The notes: a model not told the origin generated them from the letters alone. Positions 1 to 9,388 are shown, numbered from the stretch's first letter. The stretch: 64,000 nucleotides of DNA from Dehalococcoidia bacterium (GCA_029941115.1 JAPYRK010000007.1:2042-66041), one strand, 5' to 3'. Translations and numbers: made by a program.

Positions 1-589
1 CAGCAATACGATCTGATTCCTGTGTCAATTGGTCGCAGGGTACTAATTGCTCAAGAAATCCCCAGTTATACGCTGTTTTGGCATCTATATTCTCACCAGT
101 GAATATCAGGTAATTTGATTTTCCCCAGCCCATTAAGCGCGGTAAAAGTGCCGCCTCAATTACTGATGGAACGCCAACCCGTACTTCTGGCATTCCAAAA
201 GTAGCATTTTCCGATCCGATTCTAAGATCACAAGCAGCTGCCAATTCCATACCAGCCCCTAGCGCATATCCGTCAATTTGCGCAATCACTGGAACAGGAA
301 AGTTCCTCACTGCCATGAAAAGGTCATGCAAAGAACTAATGAATGTCCTCGCCGTCTGAGGATTCATGTTACTGAGTTCGACAATATCTGCCCCGCCCAT
401 AAAAGCTTTCGACCCTGCTCCAGCTAGAATGACCGCTCGAATACCTGAATCACCGGCAAGTGAATCAAAAGACGCTGACAGTTCATATATGCCATCGGAA
501 CTCAATGCATTCAATTTGTCTTGTCGGTCATAGGTCACGTTAACAATCTGTCCCGTTCCGGAGTTTCGCGTTTCTACATTAACTTTCAC
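1..589 (-). CDS. enoyl-CoA hydratase/isomerase (crotonase) family protein, truncated by window start
   Basis: Reverse-strand translation gives VKVNVETRNSGTGQIVNVTYDRQDKLNAL...AVILAGAGSKAFMGGADI...GYALGAGMELAAACDLRIGSE, a crotonase fold signature. GTG start at 589 sits 7 nt after AGGAGG. C-terminus runs off the window. Confidence 0.6.
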   Translation of the reverse strand, partial: MKVNVETRNSGTGQIVNVTYDRQDKLNALSSDGIYELSASFDSLAGDSGIRAVILAGAGSKAFMGGADIVELSNMNPQTARTFISSLHDLFMAVRNFPVPVIAQIDGYALGAGMELAAACDLRIGSENATFGMPEVRVGVPSVIEAALLPRLMGWGKSNYLIFTGENIDAKTAYNWGFLEQLVPCDQLTQESDRIA

Positions 590-1108
590 CACAGCACCTC
601 CTAAAATTATACAGATTTTGCACAATGATCTAACAACCATATAAGCTGGACAGGTCATTAAATATTGCTCTCTTATCGTCAGTATACGGAATCAAACTTA
701 ATACACTTGGTATCGTAAAAACTCACGGATTTTCGGGCAGAAAGAATACTTGAGTTTGTCGAATTCAGCCTTACCGTAAGGTCCGGTTTGCACTGGGCCT
801 AGCAGCGATGTTCACAATTACTGGTGAGCCTGCCGGTTCAGTTGAGGCCTATAAATTGGGATTTGCCTTCATTATGATCACGTCAATCACGGCGTGCGTG
901 CTAGTTACACGGATTAGGACAAGTACGGTCTCATCTGTTCGATCCAGTGTTCAGATTACGTGGATTATCAGTCGCCACAAATTCGTCCACCGGTAGAACC
1001 TAGATATCCTCCATTTTAAGTGGCTCAGTGTTTTGACTCGTGCGGTAAACTTCTTGCTCAGTACCCTTAATTAGTGATATAAAATTTGAAGAGTGGAGGA
1101 CAGTTGGT

Positions 1109-1624
1109 ATGACATTAAATATGATCGTGTATGTCGCTCAGATGCTAACGGCGATCGCGACTTTGGCAGTCGCATTTGTACTCGTTTATCAACTTAGACT
1201 GCAACATTCCGAAGCCCAAAGGCAACTTGTGCTATCGATAAATGAACAAAGGCAATATCTTGCATTAGCTTTGGCACGTGATCCGGATTTATCTTCAATA
1301 AATTCTCGCGGAGGAGCTGACTACGGAGATCTAAATCAAAGCGAGCGAATCCGTTTTAATAGGATATTTCAAGCCGAAATGAATCTCAGTAATATCGCCC
1401 AAGAATATTCTGACCTATTACATGTTGATCCTGACCAGCAATTGAGAACAAACTTCGCACTTTTTCCCGGAAGACGAAAATTCTACAAAGAAGGCATTAT
1501 TCGATTCACCCTACCCGCTCCATTTGTAGCAAAGGTGGACAGATATATAAGAGAAATCGAGCTAAAAGTTGGAGAGGACGGACAAGATTTATCTGTCCTG
1601 GATCCCGACAATGACACCCCATAA
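1109..1624 (+). CDS. hypothetical protein with N-terminal transmembrane anchor
   Basis: 171-aa ORF with one hydrophobic N-terminal helix, then a soluble Gln/Arg-rich domain. No family recognised. Confidence 0.45.
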   Translation: MTLNMIVYVAQMLTAIATLAVAFVLVYQLRLQHSEAQRQLVLSINEQRQYLALALARDPDLSSINSRGGADYGDLNQSERIRFNRIFQAEMNLSNIAQEYSDLLHVDPDQQLRTNFALFPGRRKFYKEGIIRFTLPAPFVAKVDRYIREIELKVGEDGQDLSVLDPDNDTP

Positions 1625-1741
1625 AAGGAATTGTTGAGCAATGAAGTCACGAGGTGGTAATATCTTGAACAAAGCAGACGCTTTGCAATCGTAAAATACC
1701 TGACATCGAGATTTTTTATTCATACAAGAAGGGCTTTCTCA

Positions 1742-2305
1742 GTGGCAGATCTACTGAAATATCTATCAGAGAAAAATATAGAAATCGGAGCACGAGTCCC
1801 TGATTTTTTACTTGTCGACGGAAGTGGTGAAAAATTGCGATTGAGCGACTTAAAAGGATCGCCAGCAGTACTCTATTTCTACCCTAAGGACAGTTCGTCA
1901 GGATGTACTGTCGAGGCATGTGAATTTCGCGATGTGTATCAAGATTTCAAGCAATTAGACTGCCCAGTCTACGGAATCAGTCCTGATGACCATGAAGCAC
2001 ACGACGCCTTTTCCAAGGAGCACGATCTTCCGTTCAATTTATGTGTCGACCCTGAAAAACGAATGATCGATGACTATGGAGTCATGGGACAATACCAATT
2101 GACCGAGCAGGAGTCACCAGGATTTAAGGCTAATGGGTGGCCAGTTGATGAGGAAGATCGCGTACTACTCCTCGTACGCTCAACATTCTTGATCGATAAA
2201 GACGGCCTGCTAATGCATAAATGGATGAATGTCAGCCCACTGGGTCATGCCTCAAGCGTACGTGACCAGCTCAAGAAATCATTCAAGTTCGATATCGCTT
2301 TCTAG
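1742..2305 (+). CDS. bcp: peroxiredoxin, Bcp/PrxQ type (thiol peroxidase)
   Basis: YFYPKDSSSGCTVEAC motif (FYPKD..GCT..AC of the Bcp family). GTG start. Confidence 0.8.
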   Translation: MADLLKYLSEKNIEIGARVPDFLLVDGSGEKLRLSDLKGSPAVLYFYPKDSSSGCTVEACEFRDVYQDFKQLDCPVYGISPDDHEAHDAFSKEHDLPFNLCVDPEKRMIDDYGVMGQYQLTEQESPGFKANGWPVDEEDRVLLLVRSTFLIDKDGLLMHKWMNVSPLGHASSVRDQLKKSFKFDIAF

Positions 2306-2405
2306 TAAGAATACGATATATTCTCGTTCAAAAAACGATGGTCAATTAAGCAAGAATAGCGTTAAGATTTTCTCGCCACCCATTAAACCTAGAACGGAAA
2401 AAAAC

Positions 2406-3002
2406 ATGGTCTCCTTTCCAAAGGCAATTTCACTCGGTTTCTCTGGATATGTTGATTTTCGTGGTCGGTCCACCAGGGCCGAATACTGGTGGTGGTCACT
2501 TTTTGGTCTCATCGCACCGATTTTCGGAGTGCTGCTTGATCTCTCAATATTTGGTATCTTGGCCGATAATTGGAAAGCTGCAGATTGGAGCCTATTTCAA
2601 AATCTCATCTCGCTTGCGCTTTTCCTACCTGGGCTGGCCGTCACCGTTCGTCGGTTGCATGACATCAATAAAACTGGTTGGTGGATGCTTTGGTGGTGCC
2701 TAAGCTTCCTATCAGGTGGAATTTTACTGGGCGTAGGCTTAGCTCTCTTCTTCGTGACATTTAGTTTGCACAATCTCATTGCCGTGATGCTGGTTGGGTC
2801 GGCAGTAATTCTTTGGCTTGCGATAAGCGTGATCGGAATAATCTGGCTTTGTCGACCAAGCGACCTTGAGATAAATAAGCATGGGCCGCCGAATAGCCAC
2901 CAAGTCCATGAGATAATTGCTTTTGATACTGAAACTAAGCGGCAAGATGCACCAGACGAGTCATCGAGACGATCCCGCTATAGCCGCAGACGAGAAGATT
3001 AA
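2406..3002 (+). CDS. DUF805 family inner-membrane protein
   Basis: RAEYWWW and VRRLHDINKTGWW motifs typical of DUF805/YhaH-like proteins. First ATG after the bcp stop is taken as start; the ORF-track entry from 2229 overlaps bcp. Confidence 0.65.
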   Translation: MVSFPKAISLGFSGYVDFRGRSTRAEYWWWSLFGLIAPIFGVLLDLSIFGILADNWKAADWSLFQNLISLALFLPGLAVTVRRLHDINKTGWWMLWWCLSFLSGGILLGVGLALFFVTFSLHNLIAVMLVGSAVILWLAISVIGIIWLCRPSDLEINKHGPPNSHQVHEIIAFDTETKRQDAPDESSRRSRYSRRRED

Positions 3003-3045
3003 CTAGTATCAACGATATAACCCAATAAGCTGACTTGGATAATCA

Positions 3046-4815
3046 ATGGCTGATTCGAACTCTTCGTCAAACTTCAATGCCTTAGATCCTGAAGAACAAC
3101 TCTTCAGAATGAGACACTCTGCCGCGCATATTCTGGCCGAAGCAGTCCTAGAAATGTTTCCCGATGCTAAGTACGCTATCGGACCGCCGGTGGACGATGG
3201 CTTTTACTATGATTTTGAGCTCTCAAGATCGCTAACTCCGGAAGACCTAGAAGTACTTCAAGAGCGAATGCTTCAGTCTGTCGGGGCAAATCTAACAATT
3301 ACTGGAGAACAAATTCAGAAAGATCGTGCGCGAAAAATTTTTGAGAACCAACCATATAAGCTTGAGTTAATCGACGAAATAGAAGACGAGACAGTCGGTC
3401 ATTTCAGGCACGGCAACTTTCAAGATCTTTGTCGTGGTGGGCATACCGAGACAACTGGTCAAGTTGGATCCTTCAAGTTAGATAGAATTGCTGGCGCCTA
3501 CTGGCGTGGAGATGAAAATAACACCATGCTGCAGCGTGTATATGGGCTGCTATTCACAACACAAGATGAATTGGATGAGTACCAAGAGCTTCGCGAACAA
3601 GCCAGACAAAATGATCACAGACGGCTTGGGCGCGAGTTAGACCTCTTTTCAACACAGGAAGATTATGGCCCCGGCTTGATTTATTGGCACCCCAAAGGCG
3701 CTCGCCTCCGCATTGAAATTGAAGATGCCTGGAAAAAAGCTCACACTGAAGGGGGCTACGATCTCGTATTTACGCCACATATCGGACGATCAACCCTGTG
3801 GGAAACCAGCGGCCATTTGGACTTTTTCGCCGAAGGCATGTTTTCCCCAATGGACGTTGATGGAGATGACTATTATCTCAAACCGATGAATTGCCCTTTC
3901 CACATTCAAATCTACAAGAACACACTTAGATCATATCGGGAACTCCCCATGCGGTTAGCCGAGCTCGGGACGGTCTACCGCTATGAACGATCCGGAGTAC
4001 TTCACGGCATGCTTCGGGTTCGTGGATTTACCCAAGATGACGCACATATCATCTGCACACCTGAACAATTAGATGACGAAGTCGATGGGGTGGTTAAGTT
4101 TGTCGTTGACTTACTCGGTTTATTTAATTTTCAGAATTTGTCAGCAACTCTCTCAACCCGACCAGTAAAAGCGGTCGGTGAATCGGCTCAATGGGACCGA
4201 GCAGAGATCACGTTGAAGGACGCCATCGAACGCGCCGGTCTCACCTATGACATTGAGGACGGAGGAGGTGCCTTCTACGGACCGAAGATCGATTTCCATC
4301 TTACCGATGCTCTCGGTCGCAAGTGGCAATGCTCAACCGTTCAATTTGATTTCAATCTTCCTGAACGATTCGATATGTCATATATAGGTGACGATGGTGA
4401 GTCACATCGACCGTTCATGGTTCATCGGGCGTTATTCGGTTCGATTGAAAGATTTATTGGTATTCTTATCGAACACTACGGAGGTGCTTTCCCGTTGTGG
4501 CTCGCGCCCATACAAGCAACCATCATACCTATTGCAGACAGGCACCTCGAACATGCCGAATTAGTAGCAGACCGGCTTAAGCAGGCCGGAATTCGACTAA
4601 CGATTGACTCTGCAAAAGAGCGGATGGGAAATAAAATTCGGCGTGCGCAGCTACAAAAAATTCCATACATGTTGATTATCGGCGACCGTGAAGCCGAAGC
4701 TGATGCTGCATCTGTTCGTACTCGATCAGGCCACGATCTCGGCGAGATTATCACGGCGGATTTAGTTGATAAACTCACCTCGGAAATTAGCTCTGGTCAA
4801 CAAAATCTTATTTGA
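3046..4815 (+). CDS. thrS: threonyl-tRNA synthetase
   Basis: MRHSAAHILAEAV...DDGFYYDFE editing domain, class II catalytic core, C-terminal anticodon-binding domain. 589 aa, so no long N-terminal TGS extension. Confidence 0.9.
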   Translation: MADSNSSSNFNALDPEEQLFRMRHSAAHILAEAVLEMFPDAKYAIGPPVDDGFYYDFELSRSLTPEDLEVLQERMLQSVGANLTITGEQIQKDRARKIFENQPYKLELIDEIEDETVGHFRHGNFQDLCRGGHTETTGQVGSFKLDRIAGAYWRGDENNTMLQRVYGLLFTTQDELDEYQELREQARQNDHRRLGRELDLFSTQEDYGPGLIYWHPKGARLRIEIEDAWKKAHTEGGYDLVFTPHIGRSTLWETSGHLDFFAEGMFSPMDVDGDDYYLKPMNCPFHIQIYKNTLRSYRELPMRLAELGTVYRYERSGVLHGMLRVRGFTQDDAHIICTPEQLDDEVDGVVKFVVDLLGLFNFQNLSATLSTRPVKAVGESAQWDRAEITLKDAIERAGLTYDIEDGGGAFYGPKIDFHLTDALGRKWQCSTVQFDFNLPERFDMSYIGDDGESHRPFMVHRALFGSIERFIGILIEHYGGAFPLWLAPIQATIIPIADRHLEHAELVADRLKQAGIRLTIDSAKERMGNKIRRAQLQKIPYMLIIGDREAEADAASVRTRSGHDLGEIITADLVDKLTSEISSGQQNLI

Positions 4816-4858
4816 ATCAACCATGCGGCTTAGAGATGTTTCCGCTACGCTGATCTAG

Positions 4859-6409
4859 ATGTTTAAACGCATATTAATCGCGAACCGTGGTGAGATTGCC
4901 CTCAGAGTCCAACGGACCTGTCGGGAACTCGGCATCGAAACAGTAGCTGTGTACTCTGAACCGGACAGAAATCTCCTCCATGTGCGTCAAGCTGACAGGG
5001 CCGTACACATAGGTGAGGGACCAGCGACTGAATCGTACTTAAATATTGAAAAAATAATAAATGCTGCTAAGGATTCAGATGCTGATGCTATACACCCAGG
5101 CTATGGATTCTTATCGGAAAATGCTGATTTCGCGAATGCATGTGTCGACGCAAATATTACCTTTATAGGTCCATCAGGTGATGCCATGAAGAATCTTGGG
5201 GATAAGATTTCCGCACGAAAAATTATGGAACACGCCAACGTCCCTATTGTTCCCGGCGCAAATGACGTAGACCCCGCCGATCTAACTGCAGCCGCAGCGT
5301 CCGCAGCTTGTGTTGGCTTTCCCTTGTTGGTTAAGGCCTCTGCCGGTGGTGGTGGGCGAGGCATCAGACTTGTCGAGAAACCAGAAGATTTAGAAAATGC
5401 AATGCGGTTGGCCTCATCCGAAGCATCGAGTTCATTTGGCAATGCGACCATATTCTTTGAGCACTTTGTATCGCCGGCCAGACACATTGAAGTACAAATA
5501 GTTGCAGATTCGCATGGCAATGTATCGGCCTTTGGCGAGAGAGAATGTTCTGTTCAACGGCGAAATCAAAAGGTCCTTGAAGAAGCTCCATCAATCGCTG
5601 TAACTCCGGAGATTCGAGAGAGGCTTTGTGCGGCCGCAATTGCTGCAGCCAAAGGTAGCGGGTACCAAAATGCTGGTACTGTGGAATTCTTGATGAATAA
5701 CAATGGAGAGTTTTATTTTCTGGAAGTTAATGCCCGACTTCAGGTCGAACATCCGGTAACCGAGCTCGTCTACGGCGGAGTTGATTTGGTCGCTCTCCAG
5801 ATTGCTGTTGCAGCCGGGGGCACTGTCTCAGACGGACTCGTCAACTCAGGTCCGATTGGTTGGGCTATCGAATGCAGGATTAACGGCGAAGATCCTTATG
5901 AAAATTTCCGTCCGTCCCTTGGCCTAATTGATTATGTTGAATACCCTAATGGTCCGGGTGTTCGTTTTGACTCAATGCTTTTTTCGGGATTAGATGTGCC
6001 AGTATTTTATGACTCTTTACTTGGTAAATTGATAGTCTGGGCGGAAACTCGAGATCTCGCAATTCAACGAATGCAACGAGCCCTCCAAGATTTAGTTATA
6101 TCCGGTCCGCAAACAAATATTCCGTTTCATCGCGAACTGATGAAAAACCCGGATTTTCAAACCGGTGATATCCACACAAATTGGCTGGAAAATAGTTTCA
6201 ATATGCCTGCAGAAACTAAGACAGAAAACGAAATCAATCTAGCATTAGCAGCTGCGGCAATAGCAAGTTTACTTAAGTCACAAAATGCCACAGGACAAAC
6301 TATGTCGGTTAGCAGATTGTCTAAATGGACTAATGCAGCACGAAAAAATGGCACACAAGAAGTAGTAATATCGAGTGGAGAATCAGGATGGCGTCGCGGT
6401 ATCCGTTAA
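4859..6409 (+). CDS. accC: biotin carboxylase subunit of acetyl/propionyl-CoA carboxylase
   Basis: MFKRILIANRGEIALRV start, ATP-grasp motifs, EVNARLQVEHPVTE. 516 aa with a roughly 60-aa C-terminal extension. Confidence 0.9.
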   Translation: MFKRILIANRGEIALRVQRTCRELGIETVAVYSEPDRNLLHVRQADRAVHIGEGPATESYLNIEKIINAAKDSDADAIHPGYGFLSENADFANACVDANITFIGPSGDAMKNLGDKISARKIMEHANVPIVPGANDVDPADLTAAAASAACVGFPLLVKASAGGGGRGIRLVEKPEDLENAMRLASSEASSSFGNATIFFEHFVSPARHIEVQIVADSHGNVSAFGERECSVQRRNQKVLEEAPSIAVTPEIRERLCAAAIAAAKGSGYQNAGTVEFLMNNNGEFYFLEVNARLQVEHPVTELVYGGVDLVALQIAVAAGGTVSDGLVNSGPIGWAIECRINGEDPYENFRPSLGLIDYVEYPNGPGVRFDSMLFSGLDVPVFYDSLLGKLIVWAETRDLAIQRMQRALQDLVISGPQTNIPFHRELMKNPDFQTGDIHTNWLENSFNMPAETKTENEINLALAAAAIASLLKSQNATGQTMSVSRLSKWTNAARKNGTQEVVISSGESGWRRGIR

Positions 6410-6915
6410 CAATTGACGATGTCAATTATATAGTTGAGGTAAATGTTGGTGACGAAGGTATTTTCGTGACCGTGGATGGTGGCGAACCCTTTAAGATCGA
6501 CGTTACAACTTCCGGATTGCCAGGGTTGATGTCAATCATCCATAGTGAAAGCAACTGGCTTGGCTATGTCGTTCCTGAATCTGACGGTTGGCGAATCTCG
6601 CATAATAATAAGCAATTTTGGGTCATGGGTACGCAAGCCGCCAAAAAATCACGAAGTGGTGCAGGCTCTGAGGATCCACCTGGTAAGATCTCCGTGCCAC
6701 TAGCCGGAGTTCTCACCGAAATACGTGTAGGCGTAGGAGATATCATTAAAAGTGGAGACACGGTCGCAGTCATCGAAGCTATGAAAATGCAAAATGAGAT
6801 AAAGGCTCCGACAAACGGAATCATAACCGAAATACACCTAGAGTCGGGTGCGAGAGCCGAAAAAGGCGACATTGTTCTTGATTACGAAGTTTCAGAAAGT
6901 GAAGACCTTCCCTAA
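6388..6915 (+). CDS. accB: biotin carboxyl carrier protein (biotinyl domain, EAMKM) with N-terminal extension
   Basis: C-terminal AVIEAMKMQNEIKAP biotinylation motif. Overlaps accC by 22 nt in another frame. Confidence 0.8.
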   Translation: MASRYPLTIDDVNYIVEVNVGDEGIFVTVDGGEPFKIDVTTSGLPGLMSIIHSESNWLGYVVPESDGWRISHNNKQFWVMGTQAAKKSRSGAGSEDPPGKISVPLAGVLTEIRVGVGDIIKSGDTVAVIEAMKMQNEIKAPTNGIITEIHLESGARAEKGDIVLDYEVSESEDLP

Positions 6916-7019
6916 CCGCAATGAAATGATAGAATAAGCGTCTGTCGAAATACAGGACTACCAGTAATTTATGTTGATTCTGTATACTTGTTCAGAGATT
7001 ATTTGCTAGGAGGCAACCT

Positions 7020-7574
7020 ATAGCGAAAGAACTTCGTATCAATGAAGAGATTCGTGCGCCAAATGTACGAGTAGTTCGCGAAGAAGAACAACTCGGAATC
7101 ATGTCGGTGAATGAGGCTCAGGATTTAGCAGATAACGCTGATCTCGATCTAGTAGAGATTGCTCCTGCTGCGGACCCCCCCGTGGTGAAGATAATGAATT
7201 ACGGAAAATGGAAGTATGCACAGAGTAAAAAAGAGCGCGAGGCTCGTAAAGGTTCTAAAACAGTAGAACTCCGAGAAGTACGAATGAGGGTCAAAATAGG
7301 CCAACACGACAAGGATTTTAAAGTACGTACCGCGAGAAAATTGTTAGCTGGAGGCGATAAGGTCAAGGTGTCGATCATTTTTAGAGCCAGAGAAATTACC
7401 CACCCTGAAGTTGGTGAAGAGCTCTTAAAGTGGTTTTATGAACAGGTAGATGATGTAGCAGAGCAAGAAAGAAAAGTAGGAATGGAAGGTCGATTCATGA
7501 CTATGACACTCGACCCCAATCGAAAAACCTCGGCTGCGAAAAAAGCTGAACCTGCTGTGGCCGAAGAGTTATAA
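7020..7574 (+). CDS. infC: translation initiation factor IF-3, non-AUG (ATA) start
   Basis: The conserved IF-3 N-terminus IAKELRINEEIRAPNVRVV... lies in frame upstream of the first ATG at 7101. The ATA codon at 7020 sits 7 nt after AGGAGG (7007-7012). Confidence 0.8.
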   Translation: MAKELRINEEIRAPNVRVVREEEQLGIMSVNEAQDLADNADLDLVEIAPAADPPVVKIMNYGKWKYAQSKKEREARKGSKTVELREVRMRVKIGQHDKDFKVRTARKLLAGGDKVKVSIIFRAREITHPEVGEELLKWFYEQVDDVAEQERKVGMEGRFMTMTLDPNRKTSAAKKAEPAVAEEL

Positions 7575-7609
7575 ATAACTAATCGATATTTTGAAATGGA
7601 GCATTTATT

Positions 7610-7801
7610 GTGCCAAAAATGAAGACACATAAAGGAACCGCCAAGCGAGTTCGTATAACCGGAAGCGGTAAATTAATACTCCGAACACGCAACCCAAAAC
7701 GAAACAAGCGATCGCGGTCAAAGCTCTACCAGAATTTAAGTGATGTTGGAGCACATTCGACTGTGGCTAGAGCAATTCGAAAGAATCTCCCGTACGCATA
7801 G
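7610..7801 (+). CDS. rpmI: 50S ribosomal protein L35
   Basis: MPKMKTHKGTAKRVRITGSGK. Confidence 0.9.
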   Translation: MPKMKTHKGTAKRVRITGSGKLILRTRNPKRNKRSRSKLYQNLSDVGAHSTVARAIRKNLPYA

Positions 7802-7845
7802 CAACAATTGATAAAACTGAATAGCCAGACAATAAGGATTTAAAG

Positions 7846-8214
7846 ATGCCAAGAGTGCGTTCACGGGTACAAACACGACGACGTCATAAGAAAGTAATGC
7901 TCTATACAAAGGGCCACCGTGGTAAAAGACGTACAAATTATAAAGTTGCTCATCAAAGCATGATCCACGCGTTACGCTACGCGACCGACCACAGGCGTGA
8001 ACGAAGGCGCGACTTCAGACGGCTCTGGATTGTGCGTATTAACGCAGCTGCAAGAGAGAATGGCCTGACGTATGGTCGCCTAATTAACGGGTTATCATTA
8101 GCAGGAATTGATCTTGACAGAAAATCGCTTTCCGAACTAGCCATTGTAGATCCAGGCGCGTTTACGGCTATTTGCCATCAGGCGAGAGATGCGCTTGAAA
8201 ACAAGGCTGCATAA
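7846..8214 (+). CDS. rplT: 50S ribosomal protein L20
   Basis: MPRVRSRVQTRRRHKKVMLYTKGHRG. Confidence 0.9.
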   Translation: MPRVRSRVQTRRRHKKVMLYTKGHRGKRRTNYKVAHQSMIHALRYATDHRRERRRDFRRLWIVRINAAARENGLTYGRLINGLSLAGIDLDRKSLSELAIVDPGAFTAICHQARDALENKAA

Positions 8215-8255
8215 CCGTTTCTGAAAGCAGCGAGAGTTTGTTGGGTTAGACTTAA

Positions 8256-8846
8256 GTGAACGTATCTAAAGCAATACATGAACGAAGAAGCGTTAAAACT
8301 TTTTCCCAAAAACGTCAACCTACCCGGGATTTGATAGAAAAAATCATTGAGTCTGCCACGTGGGCCCCTACCCACCATCTGAACCAGGCATGGCGATTCG
8401 ACGTATTTAAAGGCGACGGATTACTCAAGCTTGCTCAACTAGATGCTGAAATACATCTAGATGAGCTTCCCGCAGATGCCGTTGAAACCTCTAAGACTGC
8501 AATTATTCGCCAGCGTAGCGCAAAGATGATGCAGTACCCGATCGTCATCATGGTGAGCATTCCAAAGCTCCATGGTCGTAAAAGCGCTTATATTGAAGAA
8601 ATAGCCGCCGGTGCAGCTGCCATTCAAAATATGCTGTTGGCGGCACATGAGGAGGGGCTTGTTACCTTCTGGACAACAGGTAAACTAGCACGCAGTAAGA
8701 AAACAAAAATCTTTCTAGATTTGGCGAAAAATGAAGAGATAATTGGCGTTATTCGTGTTGGGTACCCTGAGTCCGAAAAAACGCATAAAAAATGGCGTGA
8801 AAAGCGTGAGCCGGTGACAAACAAATTGAACTGGCACGAAGCGTGA
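8256..8846 (+). CDS. nitroreductase family protein
   Basis: HERRSVKTF...ESATWAPTHHLNQAWRF nitroreductase signature. GTG start. Confidence 0.75.
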   Translation: MNVSKAIHERRSVKTFSQKRQPTRDLIEKIIESATWAPTHHLNQAWRFDVFKGDGLLKLAQLDAEIHLDELPADAVETSKTAIIRQRSAKMMQYPIVIMVSIPKLHGRKSAYIEEIAAGAAAIQNMLLAAHEEGLVTFWTTGKLARSKKTKIFLDLAKNEEIIGVIRVGYPESEKTHKKWREKREPVTNKLNWHEA

Positions 8847-8913
8847 TGGTAGAATAAGCCGGATTTCGTCTTGATGTTAATCAATCGTTCACGAAAGGAT
8901 TACAATTCTACTT

Positions 8914-9360
8914 ATGGACTTTAATAAGAGATCTAGGTTCTCGATCAATACCAGAGATGGCGTTGTTCATTTTGACGGGCGAGTCGTCTCTGTTGGTGAA
9001 ATATTAGCAAATCGAGTCTTATGGCTGTCGGGAACTAGCATGGTCATGGGTCTGTTTTTGACTGTGATATTTATTGGTATTCCAATCCTAGGCGCTGGTC
9101 TGATTGGTCTGGCCACCTCTCGTATTCTTAGAAAAACTCGTATCGGGTCACAGGAAGAACAATTCGATCTTTCAATGATTCGAGGAATCAGTGTTATAGA
9201 TCCCAAACGATGGCCATTTGGAAGATTAACGCTGGACGTAATTGAGTCAAACGGCCCAGCCCAGCGAGAGTTTATATTCCCATGGCATCAAAAAGAAGAA
9301 GCACATAAGCTGAAACAACAGATAGAAGATGCTTTACCAAATCGAATATACCAAGACTAG
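8914..9360 (+). CDS. hypothetical protein with central membrane hairpin
   Basis: 148-aa ORF with a hydrophobic stretch MVMGLFLTVIFIGIPILGAGLIGLA. No family recognised. Confidence 0.45.
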   Translation: MDFNKRSRFSINTRDGVVHFDGRVVSVGEILANRVLWLSGTSMVMGLFLTVIFIGIPILGAGLIGLATSRILRKTRIGSQEEQFDLSMIRGISVIDPKRWPFGRLTLDVIESNGPAQREFIFPWHQKEEAHKLKQQIEDALPNRIYQD

Positions 9361-9388
9361 GCAATATAGCCAATAATCAGGAATACAA

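Noticed and set aside
808-996. 62-codon ORF and a tRNA-like GTTCGATCC motif (937-945) in the 590-1108 intergenic region
   Set aside because: The ORF has no RBS or recognisable product. The T-loop-like motif has no complementary T-stem, acceptor stem or anticodon arm, so there is no tRNA or tRNA remnant I can support.
2229-2405. Upstream extension of the DUF805 ORF
   Set aside because: It would overlap the bcp coding region by 77 nt. The first ATG after the bcp stop (2406) gives a protein beginning near the conserved DUF805 N-terminus.
3003-3045. T-box or other leader riboswitches upstream of thrS, pheS, pheT, aspS, glyQS
   Set aside because: The upstream intergenic spaces (28-80 bp) are too short for T-box leaders (about 250 nt), and no specifier/antiterminator-like sequence is visible.
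5101-5520. 139-aa and other antisense ORFs inside accC, sdhA, hppA, ftsH, pheT and others
   Set aside because: They are fully contained within strongly supported genes on the opposite strand, have no RBS and no recognisable motifs.
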